From: Balanoglossus misakiensis | Lineage: Eukaryota > Animalia > Hemichordata | Reading direction: 5' to 3' | Assembly: GCA_040954595.2 (NCBI GenBank) | Contig: CM082592.2 | Coordinates: 6,869,677 to 6,933,676 of the forward strand | Length of the DNA stretch: 64,000 nucleotides | In this document: piece after piece, positions 12,320 through 26,204 of the stretch | How positions within the stretch are numbered: position 1 is the stretch's first letter | Layout: the number at the start of each line of letters is the position of its first letter | Notes under the pieces: model-generated | What the model was told of the DNA's origin: nothing | The model's input: only the letters and a program-made list of their open reading frames with translations | The model's database searches: none | Position numbers and translations under genes: made by a program

Positions 12320-15300
12320 TTATAATGGTCGAAATGTTTGTGGTATCCACCGTTTATGTTAAATTTCCGTGTGAAGTACCATGACCCCCAGGCAAAGGCC
12401 AATTTCCATTTTAATTTACAAGCGCTTCCAAAATGACGAAATTTCAGCCCCCATCTTTTCAAGCTAAGGTAACCACAACTCAAACAAACAAGATGCTTGA
12501 CTGGTGGAGCGTGACGCTGTGTCATGTATACGTGTTTATGTCTATTTATGCGCATACTAGTATATGCCTTCTCTCTTCCCCCCAGTCTGGACGTCGATCG
12601 ATCGACCGCCGAGGTGAACCGAACACAACAGACAGGAACAGTTATCTCTTAGCAGGGATTTAAATTTCCTAATGAGCATGTCTCTCAGTTGTAACACGAA
12701 ACCTCAGCACAGTGGTACCGTCCATGCAAAAAAAAAGTCCCATTCAACCTGTTTTTAATAGTTGATAGCTGAGGTTCCACGACTGCTTTTTGGCACAAGT
12801 GCTTTTATCGACAAAAATAAAAGTATGGATGGAAATCACTAAGTACTAAGGCTCTTACGCTGTTTGGAAATCATCAAATTTCTCATGAGCCAAGTATTCT
12901 TTTATTGGGTTTTTATACAGACATTTAACCATTAAAATGTGCATCAGCTGGCTGGCTGTACGGGCGAAGCCCCACTCCACTTTGAGTATTTGTGTTTGAG
13001 TTCATTGATACCAATGCGACTACTAGACAGACCCCTATCAGTGAGCACGTCTGATGATTAATAGTTCAGGTAATTGATATTTATATTTTACACACACACA
13101 AAAATATAATCATTTTTTAGACAAAATATTCCATCGCATTGTTATTCTGTTTCCACTACAGGCAGTTGGCACGTATAACAAGATAATCAATAGTTAATAT
13201 CTTTCGTTGTGCAAAAAAAACATCAATCATTTGGAACAGTTGCAATAAAGCATATATTGGACAGTGCAAGAGAAATGTTTTTTTCTTCCACTGTCTAGTA
13301 ACACAAAATGGATGACAGCTTTTACCATTTGACATCTACACCCCTGCAGTTTTGGCAAAAACATATTCTTTTCAATGGTATAATTGGATATACATTGGGG
13401 GGGGGGGGGAATAGGAGTGACAGCATTTGATAGCAGAAACGTCATTGACCTGCTTGGTAAAACCCAAAGATCAAACCAAGTATATTCAATAGCTTTGACC
13501 CCCTCAGACCTAGTTCCCAGTTAAACATGGCTAAATTTACCCCTACATGTATGGGTTCAGGCCTGAAGGTTGAATACTGCAGTTGCCATGACTACAGAAA
13601 GATCAGACCCAGCGGTGATGCGACCAGAATTCTCGTCTGCATTTTCACATCAGTGTGTGTTTGACAAGATCATTTGCGACCGCGCTGGCACATAGCAAAC
13701 TGGCAATCAATCCAAAACGGTCTCACCGATAATGATGATGATCATCATATAGGATAGTCCACCGCGATGAGTACAAACAAGAACAGACGATGTTTCTGCG
13801 CACACAGATGGGAGATTCTACCCAGGCATATATAACGCTGGACAACTGTCTCTTGCCAAGGACTACGTGAGAGGTTGTTCAGGGACTGTGGTTGTTCCAC
13901 TCAACTTCTTCAAACACAAAGTACATCCACTTACAAACACTGCCACAGCACAACACGTTCCCCCCTGCTACAATCAATTTCTGCCCCCATCATAATGGCC
14001 CGACTCGCCGGGGGAGGTCTAGGCGCAGGGGAACAAAAGCAGCCAATACAAATAATGCCAGAAAGTCAGGCAGAGGGGGCAAGCTGACCTCAGTGACTCG
14101 CCGACACAGGTCACCGTGACTACAGAGTGTCATTATGAAAAGTCACCAAGGCAGAAACATGAACCGGAGAGAAGGAGGTTATACTTGAAAACAAAAAGCA
14201 GTGACGCAAACATCCCTAGTTAGAACCTCACTGTAAATCCAGCAAACAAGGCCTGTGTGAAGCATGATTTCAAGAACGTTCAATCTTCCCTCTTTCTTGA
14301 CAGAACAGCTGAGACCTAAAAACCTCTGAAAAGAAGATCACATTGTTAAACAGCAAAACAGTCCCGTGTAATCTGTCACTGATAAGCCTCTCTTAGCTGC
14401 GTCATTAAGGGCCATTTCAGATCTTCCTGGCAATCCGCTGATGTCCCCCCAAAAAAGGGTCTCTTTCATTAGGTGAAGACGAAAAGGTGTTGGGATCGTC
14501 GCCGGGAAAGCAGACACAGGCTGCTTCTTGAGACGTTCTATCTCTAGCATCTACAAGACGCTGTGATCGACGACTCCACGCTTCAACAACCAACGCCTTT
14601 TGTTGACGCTTCAAACGAGAGAATCAACGCTAAAAGCTTTCTGCCGCGAGGAAGTCTCTTCTCTCGCAACTTTCCAGGGGGGGGGGGGGGTAGGAGGGTA
14701 GTGTGTATCCTAGACTCTCTTTGTCTGTGATAAATAAATTTCATTCACTCGGCGCGATCAATTCCCTGAACGCTTTAAAATTTAATAAATTTGAGTCGCC
14801 GAGTGACCGGGGACGCGATTTCCCTGGGGTGCCCCGCTGGGTTCCAATTGAACAAATGACTACACTGTCAGTGGTTACACACACACAATGGATGGGTGTA
14901 CGTTTTCCGTTTCGCTCGCTATTCAAACTTTGTGAACCGTGTTAAATATAGCACTAAACTGTCGACGGCCACCATTTTGTTGGGCATCTGCACGTCTTTA
15001 GGCAGCGTGACCTTCCCGTCATGGTGAAATTCGATGTGCCTGCAGTCCTTTTCCACAATTCCAAGCCCACAGATGAGGTCAACACAGCACCACTGTACGG
15101 TACAACGCACGAAAATGCTAAATTTAGCTGCATTTTATAGCACAATACAATTTGCCCCCAAAATGCAAACGAATGAATTATAGACACAGGCAACAAAGTG
15201 AATTTCTGAAAATAGAACGGACACACTACCACCATTGCCTTTTTTTCTCCATAAGAGGGAACATAAAATATAGCAGGGTACTTGGTTTAACTCACGTGCA

Positions 15301-18300
15301 TACCAGCACTTTTGTCCCTATGTTGCTGTAATGAAAAGTGTGCGTTTGTCAACTTTGTGGAACCGAAGTGTAGGTTTTGGTGGCCAGGCCTGTGATGATA
15401 GTTATCTGCAGATTGCTAGCTGATCAGTTGTTCTTTCCCTGGTTCTATGACTATAACCGTTACAGCACCCCCCCCCCCCCCCCAGAAAAAAGGCATGCCG
15501 AGTCCTGCACCAGTCTCAGTTTCGACCATACCCGCTTTATGCAAATCAATCAACACATACCAGGGTAACATGCCTTCCTATGTAGAAGCCAGTGTACCAT
15601 GCAAAAATTTCTTTTATCATAAATTATTTGTGAAAATTGTCGGATCAATTGTCACCTCCTCCTAGTAACTTCTGAAATTAGCAAATGGTATCAAAACCAC
15701 AGAATCTTATAAATATTGATAGCTAGGCCTTGAGCAAGATTACTGGAAACATCTTTCTAGAATTTCACACTCCACAGGTAGGTGACACCCAATTTGCATA
15801 TAGAGCGTTTAAACCAATTGGGCTGCAGCCACCTGTAAAAAGTACCCCTAGTCTTCTGAAAATAAAGGTTGGCTGGGTAGAAAATGAAGACACTGTTGAA
15901 ATTTAGCCACTTCCTGAACAAAATTGCGACCAAAAACATGCAGATTACAAGACAGGCGAAAACAAAAGCTGGTCACCACGACGATGAAAAAAAACAACAT
16001 ATCAACATAGCTGTCTGTCTAGGTACGCAGGTGTGGCTGGGATTGGTATCCACGTTGCCGAGGTGATCATCCTCATGGCAACAACAGCTAACACGCCGTG
16101 ACAACATAAATCTGTGGAAAATTTCAGCAAAATACCCGCTTCCACAAAGGCTCGGTAATGTCCGACTAAAAATTTCGGGGTCACCTGAGTACAAGCAGTG
16201 ATGAAAACCCCAAATGTGGTAACGACCAGCGTCTGATGCTGATTGCTCGTAGGTGAACAAAGAAGACAGTCCCCCAAAATATTCTTGACACCTGGAAATC
16301 TCATAAGTGATAATTCTTTCTCCTCACAAGAAAAATCTACAACGATGACGAGCGAGGTAACCTCCCCAGTCACCGCAGCCTGCCGAAGCCTAGCGTCATA
16401 CTCCGACGCTGGAGATCTGAAAAGTGCTCAAAACCTCATCCATTTAAGGAAACTCTTCACATGTTTACTCCTGGGCCCAAGCTCTGTTTCTGTTTCTATT
16501 CATATGGTTTAGCTGGGCAATAGACCATTTCATTAATACAGTGTTCTCCAGGGGGTCTTTTGCCGTCAGGGGGCCGCACCCTCCATGCATAATGCAACGC
16601 TCTCCTTTCCCCCCTGTGAACTGCTCTCGGACCTAATTTACATTTAAATAGACAACTTTGTTAGTGTAAAAGCTGAGGCAGCCACATCCTCTCTGCCTAG
16701 CAGTTTTTATCAACAAAGCTAGTGGCCGTTTTTTTTTTCCTTCTGTTATTTTTTCCCAAACTCGAAAGTAAATTAGTGAGAAGTAATGACGGAGCCAAAG
16801 ACACCGGTTCACACGATTGGCTCTGGGGCTGGATTAGCTCTAAGCCCTGATTATTTGCCCTCTTCAAACAAACACACACTGCGTTAATGGGGGGAACCCG
16901 TGGTTGCATCTCAAACACTTTCAGTGAGGTGTTGGCGAGTTCACTAAAAACAGCTCTATATTCAGGTCAACCGTAGCTGCCACAGAACATCTGGTATTTG
17001 CATACACATTTGCATACACTGCTCGTTACGGCCATGTGCCTTTTTTATCGTTTTAAAAATAGATCTTGAAATTATTCCTTCCATTGCACAAACTGTTATG
17101 CTGTCACCATGTCAGGTATATATTTTTTTTGAGGGGGGGGGGGGGCAAAAACTCACCTGGCAGTGGGCCTGTACAGTGCACATTTCAACGTAAACATTTC
17201 AAATTCTAGATGAATGTTTTCATAGTTTTACTTCCCTGTAGTGATAGCGTGTGCGATTTTTAAGTAAGAAAAAAAACTATCCAGACATAAACACCAGTAA
17301 CACAAACACAGTAAAAACAGATGCAACACAGGACTCAACCATAATAAAATCCAATGTTTCTAATGCGTCCCGTGCGATCGGCGTGTTTGGATTTTTTCCC
17401 CCGTCCCCATCCATGCCGGGGAAATAAACAGAGTATAATAATCTGGGTTCATCTGGCGGGGGTTAATTCCATCCTTGTTGACTGGTGTCCACTTAGGAAC
17501 AGGAGAGGAGCTATAGATTTCAGACAATGTTATTGCACCTGCCGCAAAAGCCAGTCTTCAAGTGGGCCGTTCTCAACAAGGCATGGCCGGCAAAGCATGT
17601 CGCACCGCTGACCAGCGGCCCGTAACCCAGTGGCCCTCGCACACAACAAAAAAAAAGCCGGGGGTTTTTGTGTGTCGCCTGTTTTTGAAAGGGCCTCTCT
17701 TTTTCTAAAATAACAGGACCTCGAGCGTACCTAGCTTTACAGTTCACTGCGGTTCTATGGCGGTCCAGTGAACGGTCGCTGCACAAGCTGCTTAACACAG
17801 CAAACACGACACTTTGCGGAGAGAATGCCATGCAGGACTAGCTGTGCGTGCTGACCTGTCGTAACCGCGTGTTTTGTGACCGGCCACGTTTTGCTACTAA
17901 TCCTTTAAAACCCCCTAATTTTCCTCCATGCTCATTGTGCGAACCTCCTGCTACGAATCGTACATCAAATCCGGGGTGAGCGTGACTCTTCCTTCTTGAC
18001 TCGAGATCAGAGAGAGAGTAAAAAAAAATCGCGCTCGAAAAAATCCCCTCTTCGGAGAGTCCGCTCTGCCCACAAAAAAATTACTCAGCATAACAAACTA
18101 CTGCCTCCATTGAGTATCAAGTAGCAGGAGAATTTCTGCCGGCTACAACTCCCTAGCTTGATTTAGGGCCTGCCTAATTCCCTTTCATAGCTAGCTAAAA
18201 CTGATTAATAGCCACTAGGTTAGATAGTTCCCCTAGGGAGCAACTAGGCTGCATGTTAGGCTGATTACGGCAACCTTTCAATATTAACAATTTCCTTGGG

Positions 18301-19419
18301 CAAAACCTCTGGGATACACTGTGTTTATTTGCGTATACAGTGTCTCACTCCCGGCTTAATTCCCCTCTCTTTTCAGATCAGCCTCGGCTTTCCGCTGAGA
18401 GAAGCATCCGTAATTAGAGCAATGTTTGTGTCCCCTTTTTTCTCTCTCTCTCTCTCGAGCTCCGCAGCCAACGTTGTGTCAGCTTATAGAGACATATAAT
18501 TGGCTGCTACCTTTGCATTGTTACGGCTACCTATTAAAACACGCTAACAATGAAAACGCAGTTATATACACTGTCAAGATAGACGTGGACACAAAGGATG
18601 GAAACCAAGAGTCTATTTGGAGAAGCCGTCACTTCATACAGGGCCGAGATGCTGTTTGTTGTGGGACACTCGGGCCTATTACTTAACTAGCGGGGACATG
18701 GCTTTCATAGTAGACCAACCTTTACTTCGCAGCTAAAGTTTAATCATGTAGAAAAACACGACATGGCTGTGTAAAAGCCAAATTCCAGCCATTCCCGGGA
18801 TCTGCTCGTTCACACTACCAAAATTGGTCTGCATGTTCAAAACCTTGTCACTATTCGACTACTAACAAGTATGGCCCCCTTGCACACACACACATACACA
18901 CATACATACACACACACGTAATTTGCGACCTTGAGCGCCAGAACATAGCATCACCCCTGTGTGCGTCTCTCATACTACAGTTCCCAGCACAGCGTAAACA
19001 CACAGCGCTGCGGTGGAAAATGTGTGAAATTTGGAAGGGAGGTCTCGCTTTCGGGTCTGGCCCCCCGTTTGTTCTGGAAACCGGGCGGGGGGGACTAAAC
19101 GAGGGGCACAGCGAGGGGACACAGCTGTTACGGTTCTGCTGGGAGGTTAGGTGGTGGGAGATTTCAGTCTCGGATAGAACCGATGACATCCTCATACAAC
19201 TGCTTTACAGGAAACCACCGCTACAAAGACTACACCACTGCAGCCTGCCACACACGCACAATCCCTCCCCAAAAACTGGCCCCCGTTTTGCACATTTCCA
19301 CGAGCTGGATAGGGACGGCGATGTCGCGAATATTGGCGGGCATAATTAACGCGTTTCACTACGCACACTGGACAATGAGCGGCACAGACAATAAAAACAA
19401 TAGAAAGGGTTGAACTCAC

Positions 19420-19446
19420 CCGGTCCTCTTCACTCTCGCTGTCACA
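19420..19446 (-). CDS. AUTS2: AUTS2-like microexon (27 nt, CDSESEEDR; equivalent to vertebrate exon 5)
   Basis: Minus strand reads ttctctcattgtatttttcag|TGTGACAGCGAGAGTGAAGAGGACCGG|gtgagt, phase 0-0. Matches the recalled AUTS2 CDSDSDQEEK. Confidence 0.92.
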
Positions 19447-20129
19447 CTGAAAAATACAATGAGAGAACGCAGCCGATTAATATTCATGAGCAGGCACAGC
19501 ATGATGGGAATGGTAATTTAAATCTAGCTGTTGGCTATAATAATTCAAGCTGATAGCTGCTATAATACAAATTGTCTACACATCCCATGATGGGCACCAC
19601 CACTGCGGCAGAGGGGAGGATGGCTCAAAGCACGGGTGACGCATGCAACCGCCAACACTCGGCCAAAACATCTGCCGCAGTGCGGGAGTGAATTAAAAAT
19701 AATAACACCATAAATTAATTCAGGAGAACGCCACCGATAGAAGAAAAATAAAATCGCACAATATGCAACGTACAAAGAAACCTCCCTCTGAGAGAGTTTC
19801 GGATTCGTATCGATATTTCATTTGCCCTGACAGTTTGAGTAATGTTTGTGATAATATCACGACTTGTAACCTTGTCACAGGCACGTTGCCAAAACGCATC
19901 CTTCAAAAAAGCGCAAGTAAAACATTAAAATGTGGACTGAAGGCCTCTATTAAATTACCCTGCATGTCCCTGCATATCTGTGAATTAAAATTAAATATAT
20001 AAAACCTTCTCATTTTCTCTGCATACATCTATGCATTAAATGACAGGGGTCGGCACACACAAACGTTATTTTCCTCTCCAGTGTAAACAAATGATATTTT
20101 CAAGTCTAGTGAGCGAGTGACCACATTAA

Positions 20130-20479
20130 AGGGACACCAGTTGTCACTTTTGTTGATTATTATTTTACTATTTTGGCCCCAGAGACCAGTTTCTCGTTTC
20201 ACTGGATAAAACATGTTTTAATAAATACCAAGCAGTTGTCACCCAAGTATGTATTCATGTAAAGCGCAATGTTATTATTGACGTTTGAGTTTTGGTCCAC
20301 ACTAAAAATCAGCTGTTGACAACACTGCCACTTATACATATATAGCAAAGGCTATGGCAACAAGCTGACTAATTGCACATGTTATGAACATGTTGTAGGA
20401 AGTAGAACAAGAAACTGTAGAGGATACTCAGACTAAAAATACTGAAAATTTTATAAAAAGCTGGCGCTACTGTTTTTAT
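20130..20479. mobile_element. Degenerate Kolobok-like MITE related to 5956-6305
   Basis: Left end TTAA|AGGGAC and TTAA at 20480-20483. Contains CCAGTTTCTCGTT in the left arm and AGTAGAACAAGAAAC in the right arm, as in the 5956 element. Same 350-bp span. Confidence 0.5.
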
Positions 20480-21816
20480 TTAATACGCCGTACACAAACA
20501 GCTTTGCATGTATGATAGCCACCTGCTACAACTTGTATTTTAAGACCTAAAATAACCAAAGCTAATGTTTTCTGTGCAAATAACCAAAGAATGCCAGTTG
20601 GGGGAAGTGACACACAATTAACGCATGCAGATGTCTGTGTGCATGCTTGCTCTTTCTCTCTCCCCCCCCCCCCCCCCCTCTGCCCCAATAAAAATAACGA
20701 TAAGACAGGTAGGCAAAAAATCAAAGAATTTTGTTAACAAGTTCAAGTCAGTTGACAAACCCCCAATCTGATTATTAAAAATCAGATGTAGGGAACGGCG
20801 ACGTGGTTTTTTATGCTGTCGCCTCACACTACATCTGACCAACCCCTAACACCCCCAGGTTCTATATTTGAGTCAACTTACTCCTTCGAAAACAATGGGA
20901 CAGTACACCAAACAGTGCACTGACAGGGGTGAGCACCGGCCAACCTGTCTCACTAATAGACACACATCAAAAACACAGAGATATTCAATGTGGCACCTTT
21001 ATAAAAGCCGGGACTGTAGAATCTATCTATGCACTGACTCAGATGACAGGCTGATAACCATCTCCGATGCTCGATGTCAGTTAATCAGCCTCTCAAAATG
21101 TAAAACCAACAGAGTCCACACACACTGACACAAGAGTTCAACCCAGATTTTAATCGTCCGGGGCTGCGGCTCGCCTCCACCCCGATAAATTATCATCAGA
21201 GGTGACAGGCATTTTTGTCTGAATAGATTAATGTCATTAGCTTCTCCGGGGGTCACCCGTCCTGACATCTTTGATATTCACGCACAAGTCAATTTTTCTG
21301 ACAGGCATACTAATCTAAGTCTCTCTGCAAGTTTCAGCACAGACGGCTTTGTGTGTACAAGACTCCTTTCTGCCCGGTGATAATCATTCTTCATAACTCA
21401 GACGGAGATTTTCGCTAATCTCTTCTTAAATCCTAAATCAGTATTCCTGCCTTGCATTTGTCATACCTTCTGCACATGAGCTGCTCATATTTTCACTTCC
21501 GCAACGACACAACTGTATGAATTGCTACAATTTCCTGTCGCTACCAGTTTTATAATGTCAATGTCTTTAGGAGAGGGATTATCATTCTCTAATGGTGTCA
21601 CATATCCGGACTGGCCAAGTGATGCACATTCTGTATCCGAGAAAAAGTGTACCTCGTTGCAGTACTTCTTGCAGGTGATAGAATGCAGTGTACACCATGC
21701 TGAGTGCCATTTCAGCTTAGGATACATCATGAGTTTGATAGTTGTGGTATATTGGTATATAGTGTGGTAGAGGGTAGGGGGAGGGGGGTATAGTAGCAGA
21801 ACATGGTATCTTTGAC

Positions 21817-22066
21817 TACCCTGGATGTGATAACTGCAGCACAGGGTACCCTGGATGTGCTAACTGCAGTATCAAGTACCCTGGATGTGCTAACTGCAAC
21901 ATCAAGTACCCTGGATGTGGAAAATGCAGTAATGGGTACCCTGGATGTGCTAACTGCAGCACAGGGTACCCTGGATGTGCTAACTGCAGCACAGAGTACC
22001 CTGGATGTGCTAACTGCAGCACAGGGTACCCTGGATGTGCTAACTGCAGCACAGGGTACCCTGGAT
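21817..22066. repeat. Minisatellite, 30-bp unit TACCCTGGATGTGCTAACTGCAGCACAGGG, about 8.3 copies
   Basis: CTGGAT recurs at 21821, 21851 ... 22061 with an exact 30-bp period. Consensus junctions form the palindrome CAGGGTACCCTG. Confidence 0.97.
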
Positions 22067-25000
22067 TTTAAAGAGATACAATAGTTTTAATGATGGGGAG
22101 GAGAAACAAGTGTAGGATGGGAGGCAGCAGGGAGGCGAGAGGAAAGGGGAGGGGAGATTATAAATCATGTACGTTTGGGGACTAAAAAGATTGCTTGAAA
22201 ATGAACTGAATGAATCAAGGAGAGGGAAATTGAAAATGGCCCACCTTGCTTTTGTTTCATTTCCCAAGAGTAACTTCAGTGTATACTGTGGTCAATCAAA
22301 ACCTCATCATGGTATATAATGCAAGTATCAAAATATTGTTTGCTTTCCTAGGTTGTCATCATAATAACAAACCCCAACATTGGAATCGTTCATTGAAAAC
22401 GAAACATCCTGTAACAGTCCCTGAAGACCTGACAGAAATGGATTACCTCACTCCTTAGTTATCACGTTAAATCAATTCTCAAGAAATAGAAAAAAAAAAT
22501 CCCGACAGACACGAGACTAAAGCAATTGGCCCTGGAAGGGCCGCCATCTACAGCCCTGCGTCTGCTCGTCTCAATCTCCTCGGCGTTGATTTTTTTTTTT
22601 TGCGGAGTGGCTGAGCGTAATTAAGGTTTGGGGACCTCCAGAGCTGCAAAACGCAGCAATCTCCATCAGAGTCATCTCGCCAGCTACCCTACCATTTAGC
22701 AAGGTCTTCTGGTGAGCTAATTGGATTGTAACTTGTACCATTTTCTAACGACCCGTTTTAAGGTCATTAGGCAGTCGGATTGCCTCTCTGATTACTTTGC
22801 CATTAAGGGGATTTGTATTGCAATCAGGACAATAACAAGCCGACTTAAAAAGCTATCAACGAACCTATCAACCCTTACTACCACACTAAACCTTAATACA
22901 CTCAATTACAGTAAAAACATTGAACACATAAAACCATCTCTTCATCCTGTCGCCAGGGCGACGGGCATCCCCATGGCAACCGCCCATTTCTCTGGGGCAT
23001 CTTCGGGATATCATGTAATTATCTTAAGGTGGAATGATCAGTAATATCCAAAACTCGGGCTCCGATAATTGATTCTCGTTACCTGCCTTGATCGCGGCGA
23101 TTTGCCTGGCCCTGGCATATCTCTACCCGGTCTTATTTAGAGTGTGAATTTAACCGTGAATATAATGGTGTTTTTTTTAAGGCGTTTCACACAAGGATCT
23201 TCCCGTGGCACCTGCCTCGCTTTTAATACTCAGGCCAATAAGCTGACATCGGCAAATTACTTCTGACAACACCTTTTCCTAATTTTGTCAGCGCACACAA
23301 CACGGCCCTAATGGCTGATCAAAGTCAAACTAGCTCGCACAATGCCTGTCATACAATTCCGACATTGGTCTCCCGTGAAATATTTCATGGGTGGCTGCGT
23401 GTGTGTATGAGCGCTGAAACGCTTTTCTTATCACTCATCATTACAAAAGATCCTGAAAGAACTCGCCGAAAATCAAAATTTGAGCACCCGCAGAGACAAA
23501 TAAAAGCCAGATTTTTTTTTAGATATGACATTTTATCAACAGAAAACGTCACTGAGCTGTATTTTCCAGTTCAATTTTACACAGTGTCGATTTTCAGCTA
23601 ACACACGGATGAATATTATCCTACGTCAGAACTTGAACTGTCTGTTCGTATTGCCGTATGAATTCATACGACGCTCATCATTCCCGAAGCCCCGGACAGT
23701 AATGGACCAGACTAACAAACAGTCGCCGGGAGAAAAAAAGCTGCAGACTTGAAACACCTAGGGAACGCTGCAAAATTTGATGAAAATGCAAAAGATCAAA
23801 TGCCGACGATAAATCATGGGTACAAATGCATTTTGGAAATATTAATATGCCTGTTGCTGCCACACATGGGGGCTGATCGCACAACCTGATTTTAACGCTA
23901 CATGCAAAAAAAAAATCAAAATGAATGCTGCCGCATATATCAAAAGTTTATCGAACACAAAAGATGAGAAATATCCCGGCATTACGGATGCAGGTAGTGA
24001 TAATAAGACGAGTATGATTGATCGCTTCGATATCGGTGACTCAGAAGTCAGTGCTATTATGGAGGCAATCTGAGACACACACGACGCGATCGCTGTGCGC
24101 GAAAAACTGCAATATCTGCCGTTTGATGCAGACTGCTTCAGAAGTCACATCAACCAAGCCTCTCAACTTCCATAAATCCTTACAGCCTAAAACAGTATTA
24201 AAACGTTAAAAAAGACCATTTTTAACTGACAGCTATACTCACATTTTCAATTCTGAGAAAGAAGTATACTAAATATTCCTTTAATAGCAAGAGAATTTGG
24301 ACGTTGTCATATTTGTATATTTTACATTACAAAAATATCTTTCTGATTCCGTAGAGTATAAAGATGAGCATACTTTTCGAAAACATTCCAGTTTTTTCAA
24401 ATCACAACCAAAAGCTGGGTCAATAAAATAAGCATTCGCATCAGATGTTTCCATAAAAAAACACAGATTACGGTATTTATATTGCACCATAAAAATAATA
24501 GGGGCCAGTGTTTTCCGAAAGTATCAATCACATAAATGTACTTGTCAATCTTACTTCCCCTGGAAAATCTGTATATTTTATGACTGATCAACAAACGTAC
24601 TGTGTACATACTAAACACAGTCCACTGCAGAAAGTGCATCAGAAACAGCAGACTTGTTTACACTGCCTGGTAGCAGATTTGATTCGGGGGAAATTCATTT
24701 TGACAACAAATATTTCCCTGGTTTGTAGCAATAGACCAACACGCCCTGGAAAAGTTCTGTAAGTGCTATCTGAGAGATCAATGTCTTTTGAAAGTCAGCG
24801 CTATCGAATAGCCAGTTGAAAACTTCACACAGTTCTACAGCTCTGTAAGTATCAGGGCGAAGTATACTCCACATTTTTGAGCCCATCTCGAATCAAACCA
24901 CTGTTTTGATGACACATTTAACAGGATTCAAACAAGATTACAATGTGCGTATCATCCAACATTGTCTTAATTATTCATGAATGCACAGATGGATATCAAA

Positions 25001-26204
25001 ATTTCTCGAGGCGGTCAGCGAGCTCATTTTTCCCACTTTCAGCAATTACTTTGCTAATTCAACATGGCTGTCCAGCGAACCACAGTGCTGATAAATTTAT
25101 TCCAAACTCTTCACTGGCAACTCTCACAGGTATTTTTATAAAGATGCACTTGAGGCTATTACCTTTCATTTTCACTTCAGGGCCACGATACGGGTTGCTC
25201 CCCGCGCAAAGTGAAACGCATCTCCTTATTGGCCGAAAACAAGCACTACAACCCCTATCAGCTGCTGCTGGTCGAATCACATCAAATGTCACAGAAAACC
25301 ACTGAAATGCACAATTGAAGTCAGGTGGCTGTGGACTATATAAGCAGCCAATGATGTAAGCAGGGAAAAAGTGATATTTGCTTTGAAAATGCGTTTTTCA
25401 TCAAAATCATCATGAAGAACGTATTTAGCTATACCAATAATGGCTTTGCTGCTTTGTCAAACCAGTGGATTCCAAAACAGTCAAAAATCTGACTGAGGTT
25501 CTCAAAGTAAACTCACAAATAAACCTACTGCTGGCAAATGTAAAGTAAATTTGAAGTTTCTTATTTCAACTACAAATTTTACATTTTTACAATCTCTGAT
25601 ATACATGTTCAGATGTCCTAAACACAAGTTCACGACTGCGGCCAGATAAGATCTCCCGAGAGGCATATACATATGTACGCATGGCCCCCACGAAAACACA
25701 GGTCCAGCAAAAAAGCAACACACACTTGCACTGCAAATAAAAATCCATTTTGCGTTTTAAGTCGCATCCCACGGGTGACTGAGCCCACCCATCTGCTACA
25801 GAAGCTCGGTCGGTGCTGCAAAGGGCAGGAGTCCGTTCCGCCAACAACACTCCGCACGGCATCAATTTTGACTATAATCACACGACATAATTTCATTTTC
25901 ATCCACTATTCAAGCAGATGCACACACTAGAGATGCTGCAGCCAAATCAAATTTGTGTACACACACACGCAAGAGAATGCGAACACATCACGAGTGCAAA
26001 TATCCTAAATATTGCACTCGGAGATGAAGAACCAGTACAAGATATTTAACTTTACTGCTCTGTACCGGAAAAATAAACATTTTAAAATCAGATTATGATT
26101 GTCATACTTGATTAAGGCCAAACTGAAACGTTCTATCTATCTAAGTATTATTTTACATTTTTGCTAATTTTCTTTAAATCAGATGATAAAATGTTATACA
26201 TTAA

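Noticed and set aside
17157-17168. 12-nt candidate exon with CAG|GTGAGT donor
   Set aside because: The acceptor lacks a pyrimidine tract; expected by chance.
21300-21730. Protein-like minus-strand stretch (CKKYCNEVHFF...) suggesting a LINE C-terminal fragment
   Set aside because: Only a vague likeness to the CxxC...DExHF motif, with stops downstream; not assignable by eye.
21817-22066. CRISPR-like array
   Set aside because: Units are head-to-tail with no unique spacers, there are no cas genes, and the context is eukaryotic.
21803-22084. Repeat ORFs TLDVLTAAQG (plus) and LQLAHPGYPV (minus)
   Set aside because: By-products of a 30-bp tandem unit lacking stops in several frames; no splice or homology support.
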